Origin: Eledone cirrhosa
Taxonomy: Eukaryota
Assembly: GCA_964016885.1 (NCBI GenBank)
Contig: OZ024750.1
Span: forward strand, 44,330,001 to 44,394,000
Direction: 5' to 3'
DNA length: 64,000 bases
The notes below the pieces were generated by a model. The model made no database searches. It was not told the DNA's origin and worked only from the letters and a program-made list of their open reading frames with translations. Below are positions 1 to 15,805 of this stretch, piece by piece; position 1 is the first letter of the stretch; the number at the start of each line of letters is the position of its first letter. Made by a program: the position numbers and the translations under genes.

Positions 1-2080
1 AAAACCGTTGCAACCGGAGGAAGACAGGAAGACGATACTTTGGTTCATGGTGACGTTCGCTGGCAAAGAACGGGAAAAAACGAATAATACGTCATTAATA
101 GGAGCGGTGAAAAACAATTACGTGCAAGGACAGAACCACGTTTATGGTATAAAAGCGGTCGTAGACTAATGTTCTCTAAGTGGTGCATAGAGACGTTCTC
201 TGGCAATGAACGAAAAAACGAAGATAATAAGTCATATGTGGAGCGTGGAGAACAATAGCGTGCAAAGACAAAACCACGTAAATGTTATAGCAGAAGTCGT
301 AGACTAAAATTCTAACTAGGAGACCGAATGAATCTCCGCTACAGAGTTAAGAATAAAGTAAATAAATACAATACAGAAGTAATAGGAACAAATAAATACA
401 TACACGCAAACAGATACGTACATACACAAGCATACGCAAAACCTTACCATAGGTATACAAAACCACGCACATATAAATATGTGTATGTGTGTATGCCTGT
501 GTACAAATAAATAAATAATTATATAAACGTATATAAGTAAATAAATACGTATATAACAAACGCACACACATACCTACAAATAAATACATGAAGGTTCGGA
601 GACGTAAGTCAACTAAAACGAGAAGTACACATATACACCCACCCACCATACGTACGAACCTGCATACTCACGCAGACGCGAAACTCCCATATACACATAG
701 CCAAGCCCTAAATACCAGAATATGTAAAAATTATACGCCAAAACAGTCAAATATACGTACGAGAAGGTATACATACCTTCACAAAACATACGGGTAATAT
801 ATACTTACCTATGCAAAAAGTAAAGGAATAAACAAAACATATACTTAGCTCCCACATCAAGACGTAAATATCCACGTATAGATCGTGCTATCCGTTACGG
901 TATAACGTAGGGCTGTAATACAGGAAAGTTTTGTGCAATTTATGTTTACAAGCCGAAATTGCCTCAGATTTTTTGTTTAAGATGTGGTCTGTGGCGTAGA
1001 GTATTTCCAGGGCCTCAGCGGCGCAGAGGTCACATGGTCTTTTATTTCCGTTATACGATCTAGCCCTAGCTAGGATCTCCCAGTGTAACTTATATTGGGT
1101 GTGGTTGTCTTTTAGACTCCAGATATAAGCTGAAAGTGACGTCATATTCCTTCTTAGAGGGTAACGAAAAGAATGGGTATGCATGTAAAGACGCTGCTTG
1201 AAACTATTGGCGGTTAACCCTATGTAGGCCCTACGGGACGTGGGTGTTACAACCTTACATTTGTAGACAATGTTACTAGAGAGGCATTTCCCGGATAGGG
1301 GACAATCAGCCCGATTCCTACAATTACAGTTAGTACTAACTACAGGGTTGCACGTGTTCCTACGGCTAGGTATTTTAGCTAAATTTGAAGCTGTGATGTT
1401 ATGTGCAAGGTTAGGAGTCGTTGAGTAAGAAATTTTAATAGTGTTTCTATTAAAAATTTTACTATATTTATGTGTAGGGGGAAAATGCTTCCTAAATTGG
1501 AAAGAAAGATCTTAGCTAATGGTGTGGCCACCTCCATATTATATGGTGGGTTAAACCAACAAATGCGACGGGATCTATTTCTTCTAGGTCTATTCTCGTA
1601 CTCTGTATATGCTACCTTATCGACAAATCCACTTCGAGCAAGAGCTTCATTGTAATAAGTGGAATGGTCGTTGAAAATGCGCTCGTTGCTGGAAAGACGG
1701 GAAAGCCTCAACGAAACGTTTTTTACCAGATTCTTGGTTATGCTGGCAGGACGGTTGGAATGCTTACTTATGTAATTAAGCGTATCATTCGGCTTTCTAT
1801 ACGGGTAATGCAACCCATTCAATAAATTGAGGGTAACGTCGAGGTAATTAACGACTGAGAGATTGGCCTCAACCTGTATAGAGAGGTTGAAGCCTTTAAA
1901 GAAGGCTGTGAGTTCTTTTCTGAATCTGTCGCAAGCACGAGGTCCGCACTTAGTCATGGTCAAAAGGCCATCGTCACGGTACAAACCACCGCCCGCGTTG
2001 GGGAATTCGTCCTTGATAGAGAAAAGAAGGAAAAGGCCAATAAGATCAGTAACCTCCGCAGAGTCACTGGCGCCCATTCT
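1..2080 (-). mobile_element. 5'-truncated Penelope-like retroelement (Naiad-type), RT C-half + GIY-YIG + 3' UTR
   Basis: Minus-strand ORF with MGASDSAEVTDLIGLFLL and GGGLYRDDGLL RT motifs, VNYLDVTLNL and WFNPPY. After a frameshift it reads CNCRNRADCPLSGKCL, NIVYKC..AYIGLTANSFKQR and CDLCAAE. The 5' end abuts (TA)n at ~2095. Confidence 0.9.
888..2077 (-). pseudogene. PLE RT/GIY-YIG ORF, 5'-truncated, with one frameshift in the G5 run at ~1477-1481
   Basis: ORFs 1379-2077 and 888-1184 join into one frame (..SIFPPTHKYSKIFNRNTIKISYS..) if one base is added to the homopolymer. Confidence 0.85.
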
Positions 2081-2093
2081 GTTATTTTAATAA

Positions 2094-2176
<83 letters not shown>

Positions 2177-2334
2177 GTTTTGCTTGTCGCATTTTTCAAT
2201 TTATCATGATATCTAAACATAATGTTATTACTCCAAGGACCTACCCTAATTGAGTGCTTTGCTACTCATTCCTTATTGTAGGTCGATTTTGCTTGGCCGC
2301 AGCCAAAGCTTCGATTTTACTAAGCTTCCACTGG

Positions 2335-2394
<60 letters not shown>

Positions 2395-2489
2395 TAACAG
2401 ATTAAAGTCCAACAATGAATCGAGCGTTCTTCGCATTTTAGTCTTCACATTTATTATTATTAGTATATATATATATTTATACATATATA

Positions 2490-2614
<125 letters not shown>

Positions 2615-3149
2615 TAAGAATTGCAACTTTGTATCAATCTTTATTGTATATTACAATTGTTTCTATATCGATTAGCTCGGGTTTGATCAGGTAATTGGAT
2701 CTTAACTCTTAATGGACACTTATTCAGATCTGAAAATTTACATGGGTGGTTCCATCCAAACACACACACACTCCTCACACATTTATATATATATATATAT
2801 GTGTGTGTGTGTATCTGTGTGTGTGTGTGTAGGTGTGTGTGTAGGTGTGTGTGTAGGTGTGTGTGTGTAGGTGTGTGTGTGTCTGTGTGTGTAGGTGTGT
2901 GTGTGTCGGTGTGTGTGTGTATGATGTAGGAAAAACTTATAGTTGATGAACAGGAGTGCCGAGATATTTTTCTTGTATAAAATTGTTTTTGTTAGAATCT
3001 TTACCGTATCTTTTTAGTTATATATACATAAGTAAGGGACGGGTACTACAGTGAAACAAGCTATACAGGATATTGGGAGAGAAGGTAGTTATATATTTCA
3101 AATAATTCAGGAATATTCTGATGATTCCAGCGAAATGAAACACATCGAA

Positions 3150-3335
3150 TAATTGTTTCTACTTTGGGCACCAGGCCAGCAATTATTCCAGTGCATTACT
3201 GGTACTTTATTTTATCGACCCTGTAAGGATGAAAAGCAAAATTAACCACGGCTGGATTTGAACTCAGATCATAAAGGGAGGTAACTCTATGCTTCAAAGC
3301 ATGGCGCCCGGCCCTCTACCAATACTGCCAATCCA
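3150..3335 (-). mobile_element. tRNA-derived SINE (octopus-type, Nin/Deu-like core)
   Basis: Minus strand has a B-box-like GAGTTCAAATCC and the core TTTGCTTTTCATCCTTACAGGGTCGATAAAATAAAGTACCAGT, shared by several copies in the window. Confidence 0.75.
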
Positions 3336-3460
3336 TGAATTCATTTCTGCATTACATGGCAGGGATGCAACCCTAGAATGGATTAAAGAAAACGAAAAAT
3401 TTATTATTTGATCGACCCATTAATATAAGACCAACAATATAATTACTGGAGTACACACAG

Positions 3461-3506
<46 letters not shown>

Positions 3507-3739
3507 CATCACTTTATATATATCTTACATCACATTCTGCTGCTTAAACCATTTTGTCTGTTTACCCTAGCGTCCCCTTTATTTACGTGTCCCAACGACT
3601 TTTTTTAGCCGTTGCTCGCACCAACCTGAGGTATATGGCCTTTAATGCGACGAAATGCCCACGACGGTTGGAAGGCCACTGATGAGGACAAACTTTTTCA
3701 TATGTAACCCATTTGCAGCGCCGCAGCTCCATTATTATC

Positions 3740-3778
<39 letters not shown>

Positions 3779-3950
3779 TACATATATATATTATTCTTTC
3801 TGACGACTGAAGACAGATATAAACATCTGTCTTCAAGTAACCACTGGTAAATGAAATAATTATCTCATATTGTTTATTACATAACTAAAAAGCTCTGTAG
3901 CCTACATAGAGCACTCTCTTTTCCTTTACGTTTCCTTACGGAAATACTTC

Positions 3951-4036
<86 letters not shown>

Positions 4037-4037
4037 A

Positions 4038-4236
4038 TAGGAACCAGTAAGACCCCTACAGCTGAGCTCAAGCCGTTTCGACGGCTAATTCTGTACAGAA
4101 TTAGCCGTCGAAACGGCTTGAGCTCAGCCGTCGGGGTCTTACTTGTTCCTATTACCCACTCTACTACCCTAAGTATTGAGTACTTTGGTGCGTTATGGTC
4201 CACCTGGTTCCTTACCACATTTCCCATTTCCTTCGT

Positions 4237-4237
<1 letters not shown>
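4038..4237. mobile_element. Fold-back (TA)n-associated short element, copy A
   Basis: Inverted arms 4038-4094/4095-4151 around the perfect palindrome aattctgtacagaatt; flanked by (TA)n on both sides. Confidence 0.85.
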
Positions 4238-4269
<32 letters not shown>

Positions 4270-4482
4270 TTGTGTGTGTGTGTGTGTGTCTGCGTGTGTG
4301 TCTGCGTGTGTGCACTACTAACACCGTTTGTACAGTTTGTCAGCTGATGTCATTAAGCAGCCCTCATTCTAAAATTGATAGATCAGTGAAACTGCTAATT
4401 AGAGGTGGAATCAATACTAGATCCAACAACTGTTGTATAGAGTTCCCTATTATTTCCCATAACTTAATACACACACACGCGC

Positions 4483-4560
<78 letters not shown>

Positions 4561-4671
4561 TTATTTTAATAAATATTTGCTCTATGGTTTTATATATATA
4601 TATATATATTATCCTCATCGAGCGCTCTTCGGGTTTTAGTATTCACATTTATTATTATTACTATATATACA

Positions 4672-4803
4672 CGGCCCTTGCCATTCTGAGTTCAAATCCC
4701 GCCGAGGTTAACTTTGCCTTTCATCCTTACGGGGTCGATAAAATAAAGTACCAGTAATACACTGGGTATTTTGGTGGCCTTGTGCCAAAAGTAGAAACAA
4801 TTA
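4672..4803 (+). mobile_element. tRNA-derived SINE (same family as 3150-3335), partial
   Basis: gagttcaaatcccgccgaggttaactttgcctttcatccttacggggtcgataaaataaagtaccagt. Confidence 0.75.
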
Positions 4804-4825
4804 TTAGTCTATATATATATATATA

Positions 4826-5014
4826 TAGGACCGAGTAGGACTCCGACGGCTGAGCTCAAGCTGTTTCGACGGCTAATAGTCCAGAATTATCCGTCGAAAC
4901 GGCTTGAGCTCAGCCGTCGGGGTGCTACTCGATCCTATTACCCACTCTACTACCCTAAGTATTGAGTACTTTGGTGCGTTATGATCCACCTGGTTCCTTA
5001 CCACATTTCCTTCG

Positions 5015-5016
<2 letters not shown>
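4826..5016. mobile_element. Fold-back (TA)n-associated short element, copy B
   Basis: Same consensus as copy A, with an asymmetric apex (ggctaa|tagtccag); in (TA)n. Confidence 0.85.
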
Positions 5017-5067
<51 letters not shown>

Positions 5068-5100
5068 CATATATATACATATATATATATACACATATAT

Positions 5101-5157
<57 letters not shown>

Positions 5158-5158
5158 A

Positions 5159-5239
<81 letters not shown>

Positions 5240-5635
5240 AATATATATACATATGCATACTCGTATATATATATATACATACATATAATTAGTTACAACG
5301 GTGACAAAAACAGGTCCTAAGTTTGGTTGTGTTATACACCCCCAAATTTAATATTTAACAGACTAAATGTGTTGGGGAGTATAACCCAAAGAAACGTAAG
5401 TACCAATTCTATTGTAACTATTGTAACTATTGTAACTAATTATACTTAACTTGTCATCTGGACTGAGTGCTCTTATCGTTGGATATTTCTACAAAAATTA
5501 TACTATAGTATATATATGTATATATATATATTTATACATAATAAATATTTATCTGTATAATATATAAACATAGATTATATATATATATATATATGTTACA
5601 TATTTATATGTATACATTATATACATATATTATCA

Positions 5636-5705
<70 letters not shown>

Positions 5706-5884
5706 TATGTATATATATGCACACATAAGTGTGTATGAATGTGTGTGTGTGTATGTGTGTGTGTGTGTGTATGTGTGTGTTTTGGTGGACCACGTTTAAT
5801 TCTAGGTAAAGTAAATATAATGTTAACTCTCACACCCGCACCGTACAATCACACACGCACGCACACACACACACACACACACAG

Positions 5885-5945
<61 letters not shown>

Positions 5946-6070
5946 TATGTGTGATATTCTATCTTGTGTTATGTAAATATATTCAATCATGTTTTGCAAA
6001 ATACATTACAAAATATTTAATTTCCGTTCAGTAAAATGTGAATTTTTGTTATAATATACATAATACAAAC

Positions 6071-6126
<56 letters not shown>

Positions 6127-6279
6127 ATCTATCAATCTATGTATATATATATATAGGTATATATATATACATACAAGTACTTATATTTATATACATATAC
6201 TTATAAATAGATATATATGTATATGTGCTCAAACGCAGTCATATATATGTATATATGTAGTATATATATATATATATAT

Positions 6280-6341
<62 letters not shown>

Positions 6342-6543
6342 TACTCATATATATATATATAATTATATATATATATAATATGTATATATCAATATATCAA
6401 CAGATATGTACGCATCCATACACATATAAATATGTGTATCTGTGTGTATATATATATATATATATAAATATATATATATACATATATATATATAAATATA
6501 TATACATATATATATATAAATATATATACATATATATATATAA

Positions 6544-6615
<72 letters not shown>

Positions 6616-6819
6616 TAAATAATCACTATCGGTACAACACATATAGTTCATTACATTGTCATATATTGTTTTCTAACTATTATATATCTTGTCAATACAA
6701 GCAAAGTATTCATAATAAATATTTGATACATATATATATACATACATATATATATTTATATATATACATACATATATACATATTTATATATATACATACA
6801 TATACATTTATACATATAC

Positions 6820-6858
<39 letters not shown>

Positions 6859-6933
6859 GGTACGTTATTCCGGGTTGAGTCGGAGGTAACCACAGTAAGT
6901 AAGGTACTCAATACTATATTAAAACTATATATA

Positions 6934-6981
<48 letters not shown>

Positions 6982-7034
6982 ATATATATATATATATATA
7001 TAAACATATATATATATATATATAAACATATATT

Positions 7035-7134
<100 letters not shown>

Positions 7135-7144
7135 CATTCATATA

Positions 7145-7178
<34 letters not shown>

Positions 7179-7380
7179 CATGTATATATATAAATATATA
7201 TATATGTCTACACATACCTACATATATATACTAATATATATATATATATATTTGTATACATACTTACATATATATATTAATATATATTAACATATATATA
7301 TTAATATATATATATAAAAAATTATATATATGCAAATATACATATATAATTAATATATATATATATATACACACACAAAC

Positions 7381-7412
<32 letters not shown>

Positions 7413-7982
7413 TACGTATGTATATATATATAAAAAAAATTCTTATGAATAGTTTGCGTGTCAGATCTACTGTCATTATTGTTGTCGATGTTGATGTCGT
7501 TTCTTTCGTTCTTTGTCACGAGAAGTATTTTTCTTTTTAAATATCATCTATATTGAAGTTATTTATTCAAAAACTTCTTGATCTCTCCGTATTTACATCC
7601 TGTTGTTGCTGCTGCTGCTGTTATTATCCTACTAGTCATCATTTGGTGTTGTTGCTGTTGTTGTTGTTGTTAGAGCTACTGTTATGATGCCATATATACA
7701 TTTAGTAATTAGGTTTGGCTTCTCATCTATATATTTTTTTTCTTCTTTGCTTCCTTTACTTCTAGCTTTTCACTAAATGGAATTACCTCTTATATTGACT
7801 TTGCTATGTGTGTGTGTGTGTATGTGTGCATGTGTGTGTGCGCGTGTGTGTGTGTGCGTGTGCGTGTGTGTGTGTGTGCGTGTGCGTGTGTGAATATATA
7901 CATATATATATATATATTGTTTAAGATAAACACGTTGAAGACAGAAGAGATACAATAACACAATTTATATATATATGCATTA

Positions 7983-8090
<108 letters not shown>

Positions 8091-8176
8091 GACAGGTATA
8101 CAAAGGTATATAAAATATTGTAGCAAAAAGCCAACAGTATTCCATAATATATAAGTGACTATAACGTCAAAATGGG

Positions 8177-8209
<33 letters not shown>

Positions 8210-8397
8210 CATATATATATATAAATAACCACGTAGGACCGTAAAGTACTTTTTCCTATATAGTATATTAGACTTTCGTTTTCACATTCACACACACACC
8301 TACATACATACATGCACAAACATTCACGCACACACATACACACACACACGCATACACTCACACACACATAAATATATATATTTATATATATATATAA

Positions 8398-8438
<41 letters not shown>

Positions 8439-8761
8439 GGTATGTTGTATGAGTGTGTTTCCGCCTGTATATGTGAGTATGTGTGTGTTTTATTATATAT
8501 TGTGTCTTTCTTCCGTGACGTTTCTTTTGTGACGTTTCATTGTAAACAATATCGATGAAAGTTCGATATAAACAGACATCAGTCGTAATGTATATGTTAC
8601 TTTGTATCTATAACCTCTATTACCTTTTGATACATAAATACATAAATACGAATGACTTACTCTACAAGACACACATACATATGGATTATTTTTATTTGTT
8701 CTCCTGCCCCCTTTTTTCTAAATGTATTTCCACACACCCTCGGAACTCTCCTCCTAACCTA

Positions 8762-8805
8762 TTGACTCCTGAAGAAGGGCTTATGCCCGAAACGTTGTCC
8801 CCCCA
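8762..8805 (+). ncRNA. Minimal hammerhead-ribozyme-like motif in a solo pLTR-like remnant
   Basis: CTGAAGA-a-GGGC ttat GCCC-GAAA-cgttg-TC. Stem II is perfect, but the stem I partner is not evident. Confidence 0.5.
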
Positions 8806-8877
8806 ACCACTCCCAAGAGTGTGAACGTAATAAATCCTTATTTGTCTGCCTCTCTATTTTGTTCCCGTCTAAATTTG

Positions 8878-8931
<54 letters not shown>

Positions 8932-9080
8932 GTATATATTTATAAATAAACATACATTTATATATATATTTATATATATGTAATCATATATATACATATA
9001 TACATATATGTAAACATATTTGTATATATATAATATATATTTATAACACACACACACATATATATATATATATATTTATA

Positions 9081-9127
<47 letters not shown>

Positions 9128-9159
9128 TTTCACCCTTAACGGGATCTTCTGAAACCCAT

Positions 9160-9199
<40 letters not shown>

Positions 9200-9280
9200 T
9201 TATATTATATATATATACACATATAATTATGATTACCTATATATAAATATATAGACAAATATGTAAACATATTTATTTGT

Positions 9281-9321
<41 letters not shown>

Positions 9322-9327
<6 letters not shown>

Positions 9328-9645
9328 TAACCTCAGCTAAAGGGCTGTAACACTCTGCTACGAAGCATGGTGTTCGACGCCCTACCGATTCTGCCAATCC
9401 ACCGCCCTAACTCACGCTAAAATAATGAAGACTTATACGTTAGATTCAAGGCAGCAATTTGAAGAGTAGGGGAATGTCGATTAAATCGACCCCATTACAT
9501 TACTGGTGATATATTTTACCGACGTCGTAAAGATGAAAGGCATAGTTAACCTCCGCGTGATTTGAACTCACAACGTAATGGACCGTAACTCTATTCTACG
9601 AAGCTTGGTGTCCGACGCTCTACTGATTCTGCCAATCCACCACCC
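9322..9645 (-). mobile_element. Two tandem tRNA-derived SINE copies
   Basis: Repeated gattctgccaatccaccgcc head and aaaggcatagttaacctc..gatttgaactca core. Confidence 0.7.
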
Positions 9646-10394
9646 TAACTCACGGTAAAAGGATAAAGAATAATAAACATATATTTATCTTTTCACTGCG
9701 AGGCTTATGGTTTAAAGTTGGAATACCTGATTTATCTTAGATATTTAAGGTTAAACATGATATATTCAATCTCAGACCACAAATCATTAACCACTCGACA
9801 TAACTGTCAGGAATGTACAGTAGATCAATATCGATCATGTCTCTGATGTTGAGCGGCAGGAGATTATGTATACGTGTATATGTGTATGTATATATATGTT
9901 TGGCTGTGTAGAGATATAGACTGAATAGTATGTCTATGTGTGGGTGCAATTTTGGCTGCGAATGTGTGTTCGTGTGCTTGCGTCCTTTTATATGCGTGTG
10001 AGCTTTCCTTTTCCTTGGGGTAGGGGGTCATGTTTTAATTGGACATGTTAGTTAGTAAGTGTTTATAGAACAGGGTCTATTTACTCTATGTTTCTGTGTG
10101 TGTCCGTTGTTTTTGTGGCTTACACTCTGTAGAAATCGCTCTAGAATCATTTGTTAAGTATGTGTGACAAAGACATGGGATGCAGATATCACAACAGCAA
10201 ACAGTTCAGCAACTCACACAACCGTCACGACTCACTGTTGAAACTCAGTTCAATAATTCACTTATATGAGTTCAAATTGTCTGTACGTACGTATGTATGT
10301 ATGTATGCATGTATGTATATATGTATGTATGTATATATGTATGTATGTGTGTATGTACCTATGTATGTATGTATGTATATATGTATGTATGTAT

Positions 10395-10680
10395 GTTTTC
10401 TCTTTCTCTTAATTTCGAGTATATTTTTTTGACCGGCCACCTTCCTGGTGGCAAGGTTGTAAAAGAAAAGAAATTGTCATCCCTTGCATCGCAAGAATGT
10501 TTTGCAAATTTTGAAGGTGCCAGCTATCGCAGCCATTTGTAGACTATGAATTAGGGAGCTGCGTCCTTTGTCCGCAAATCCAAGTTCAGTCATACTTTGG
10601 TCCAAGCGGGTTGGTATATAACCCGTAGCACCAATAATGATGGGTATGAAGCTAAAGGTGTATCTTGGATACTGGATTTG
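10395..10680 (-). mobile_element. 3' end of an RLE-type non-LTR retrotransposon (R4/Dong-like) in (TACA)n
   Basis: YPRYTFSFIPIIIGATGYIP..LQMAAIAGTFKICKTFL resembles the C-terminus of restriction-like endonuclease LINEs; flanked by (TATG)n. Confidence 0.7.
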
Positions 10681-10684
10681 TATG

Positions 10685-10718
<34 letters not shown>

Positions 10719-11001
10719 TGTATGTATGTATGTATGTATGTATGTATGTATGTATGTATGTATGAATGTATGTATGTTCTTCTGGTTTTATAATTTCACA
10801 TTTTTTTCCCAATAGAGAGAGAGTCGGTTTCTAACATAGACACAAGATTCTCTCATTGCAATTTACACAACATCAACTAGGTAGATTATGTATGCATGCA
10901 TGTGTAGATATGGATGTTATTGTATGTGTGGATGTGTATGTTTTGGGTTGTATGTGTGCATGTGTATACGCTTTGTATCTGTACATGTGTATATGCAATT
11001 A

Positions 11002-11238
11002 TTAAAGGCAACATTTTTGGAATGTTTTACATATTTTTACTGTTCCATTAATGGATTGTACTTGTAATTTCCTAACTAGTTGTGTTCTTTCTGCTCTTGT
11101 GAAGCCTAGCTTCTCAAGATTTGTATTGAGGCAGTTACTAACATACCCCAGTGCCCAATAATCACAGGTGTAAATCTGAAGGTGTAATCAGCGTGGAGTA
11201 TCTGCAGATATGTCATCAGTTCTGCATAAATATTCTTC
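11002..11238 (-). mobile_element. 3' end of a second R4/Dong-like RLE retrotransposon
   Basis: Manual translation KNIYAELMTYLQILHADYTFRFTPVIIGALGYVSNCLNTNLEKLGF..LQVQSINGTVKICKTFQKCCL*, paralogous to 10477-10680. Confidence 0.7.
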
Positions 11239-11270
11239 TATGCATGTATGTGTGTATGTATGTATGTATA

Positions 11271-11617
11271 TAACACCTGCAACTCTGATGGTATCCAATG
11301 ATGTAGACTTGTTCTTCTTTTTGGTAAATATCATCTTGGTTAAGAGAGTGGGACTGGCTTTGTGCAGTGCCTTTGCACACTATAAAAGCTTCACGGCACA
11401 GGCATTGCTTTATATCTGGAGTCTCTCTGCACTTGTCGTCACATGGTACCATGGGCCTAGCACTGTGTCAATAATTGTCACAAGTGTATTGTTTGTACCA
11501 GAGTTTTAAAGTCGCTGGCTGGACTATACAGTCACACTCGTTCAGCGCATCGGTAGGGGTTCTCCTACATGGATATAAAGTAGTGGCCGTACTCGAAAAC
11601 GAGTTGGCAGCCACCAT
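11271..11617 (+). mobile_element. Non-coding dispersed repeat (partial copy of 20571-21128)
   Basis: High similarity by eye to the reverse complement of 20571-20920. Confidence 0.7.
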
Positions 11618-12073
11618 GTATGTATGTAGGCGTATATGTGTGTTTGTATGTAAATCTGTGTGTGTGTGTGGTTGTATACTTTTGAATAAAATAAGGAAAG
11701 AGATGAGTAATTGCGAAAGGGTTCAGGAAAGAGAGGGAGAGAGAGATAGAGAGAGAGGGAGAGGGAGAGAGAGAGAGAGGAGGGAGGAGGAAGAGAGATG
11801 ATGGTGGTGGTGAGAGAAATAGAGAGATGAAAGGGGTAGTATAGCTGAGATAATTCTGTCAGGAGCAGTGAATATCTTACCAGTGAAAAGAGGGTATGCT
11901 GGACTGGTACGGGTGGTCTGAAGTGGGTGAAACGTTGGCTGGAAGTTGTATTAGAGTACAGGCTGGAATGTCAGATATGTACAGGGAATGGTGTGGCTCA
12001 AATATATATATTATCTGTGTAGGATATGGGTACCCTGTCTTGTATATATATATATATGTATATTTATATACAT

Positions 12074-12113
<40 letters not shown>

Positions 12114-12124
12114 TATATATATAT

Positions 12125-12329
12125 AACGAAGGAAATGTGGTAAGGAACCAGATGGACCATAACGCACCAAAGTACTCAATACTTAGGGTAGTAGAGTGGG
12201 TTATAGGAACGAGTAGGACCCCGACGGCTGAGCTCAAGTGGTTTCGACCGCTAATTCTGGAGTAAATTTAGTCCAGAATTAGCCGTCGAAACGGCTTGAG
12301 CTCAGCCGTCGGGTTCCTACTCGTTCCTA
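12125..12329. mobile_element. Fold-back (TA)n-associated short element, copy C
   Basis: 142-bp long arm plus 63-bp inverted arm; apex ctggagtaaa|tttagtccag. Confidence 0.85.
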
Positions 12330-12375
<46 letters not shown>

Positions 12376-12384
12376 TACACATGC

Positions 12385-12443
<59 letters not shown>

Positions 12444-12710
12444 AAGACGCCACGATAGCGTATTTATTTACCGTTTCTTCATAGATGACTTTTATTCTTA
12501 TAGCCTGGTCTAATTGATTTTTTGTGTGGTTAATTATGCTGATTGGGAGTAGAGATGATGTATATATATTATCAAATAATTCTCTGGACATGCTTTACTC
12601 TATAGTATTTCGCTCTGATTACTTTATTAATTCTCCATTGAGCCACATAGTTGCCAAAACACATATATACCTGTGATTTTGTTTAATTGGTGTATGAATT
12701 GGTGTATGTG

Positions 12711-12777
<67 letters not shown>

Positions 12778-12782
12778 GTATT

Positions 12783-15060
<2,278 letters not shown>

Positions 15061-15134
15061 GTATGTATGTATATGGCTAATATATGTAGTATCTGTGTGG
15101 GATGTGGGTACCCTGTCAAGCATATATATATATT

Positions 15135-15390
15135 TAAATGTGTGTGTGTGTGTAAAATGTTGCATGTGAGATGTGTGATGGTTTGTAGTTAGTAAATGTG
15201 TGGGCGTACTTCCTAGATAGATTTGTACCTTGATTGACATATTTACAATTATGTGGGTTGTTGCAGTTATTAACAGTTTCGTAGACAATTTTCTATTGAG
15301 AGTCAATGTCTTTCATTTTCAATTCAATTTGAAAATAATTAAAATTTTAGAAGGATTTACTAAAATATCCAAATTCCTCTTTTTATTCTA
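15135..15390 (-). pseudogene. Possible degraded PLE endonuclease C-terminus
   Basis: ..KIVYETVNNCNNPHNCK.. and ..HTFTNYKPS resemble the ends of the other PLE ORFs; contains stops and frameshifts. Confidence 0.3.
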
Positions 15391-15401
15391 CTGTTAGTTA
15401 T

Positions 15402-15805
15402 AATTGTTTCTACTTTTGGCACAAGGCCAGCAATTACCCCAGTGTATTACTGGTACTTTATTTTATCGAACCCGTAAAGGTGAAAGGCAAATTTAACCTC
15501 GGCGGGATTTGAACTCAGAAAGGCAAGGGCCGTAACTCTATGCTGCAAAGCATGGCGTCCGACCCTCTACCGATACTGCTAATCCCCCGGTTGCTGATAT
15601 AGGCACAAGGCCAACAATTTTGGGGGAGGGGAAAGTCGATTAAATCGACCCCAGTGCATTACTGGTACTTTATTTTATCGGCCCCCATAAGGATGAAAGG
15701 CAAAGCTAACCTCAGCAGGATTTGATCTCAGAAGGTTAAGGGCCATAACTCTAAGCCACAAAGATGTTCTTCGACGCTGTACTGATACTGCCAATCCACC
15801 CTCCG
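15402..15805 (-). mobile_element. Two tandem tRNA-derived SINE copies
   Basis: Two repeats of ggcacaaggcca..actggtactttattttatcg..aaaggcaaa..gatttgaactcagaa..gatactgc. Confidence 0.8.

Noticed and set aside
3679-3690. CTGATGA on the + strand as a hammerhead core
   Set aside because: No correctly placed GAAA; the G-U pattern favours the minus strand.
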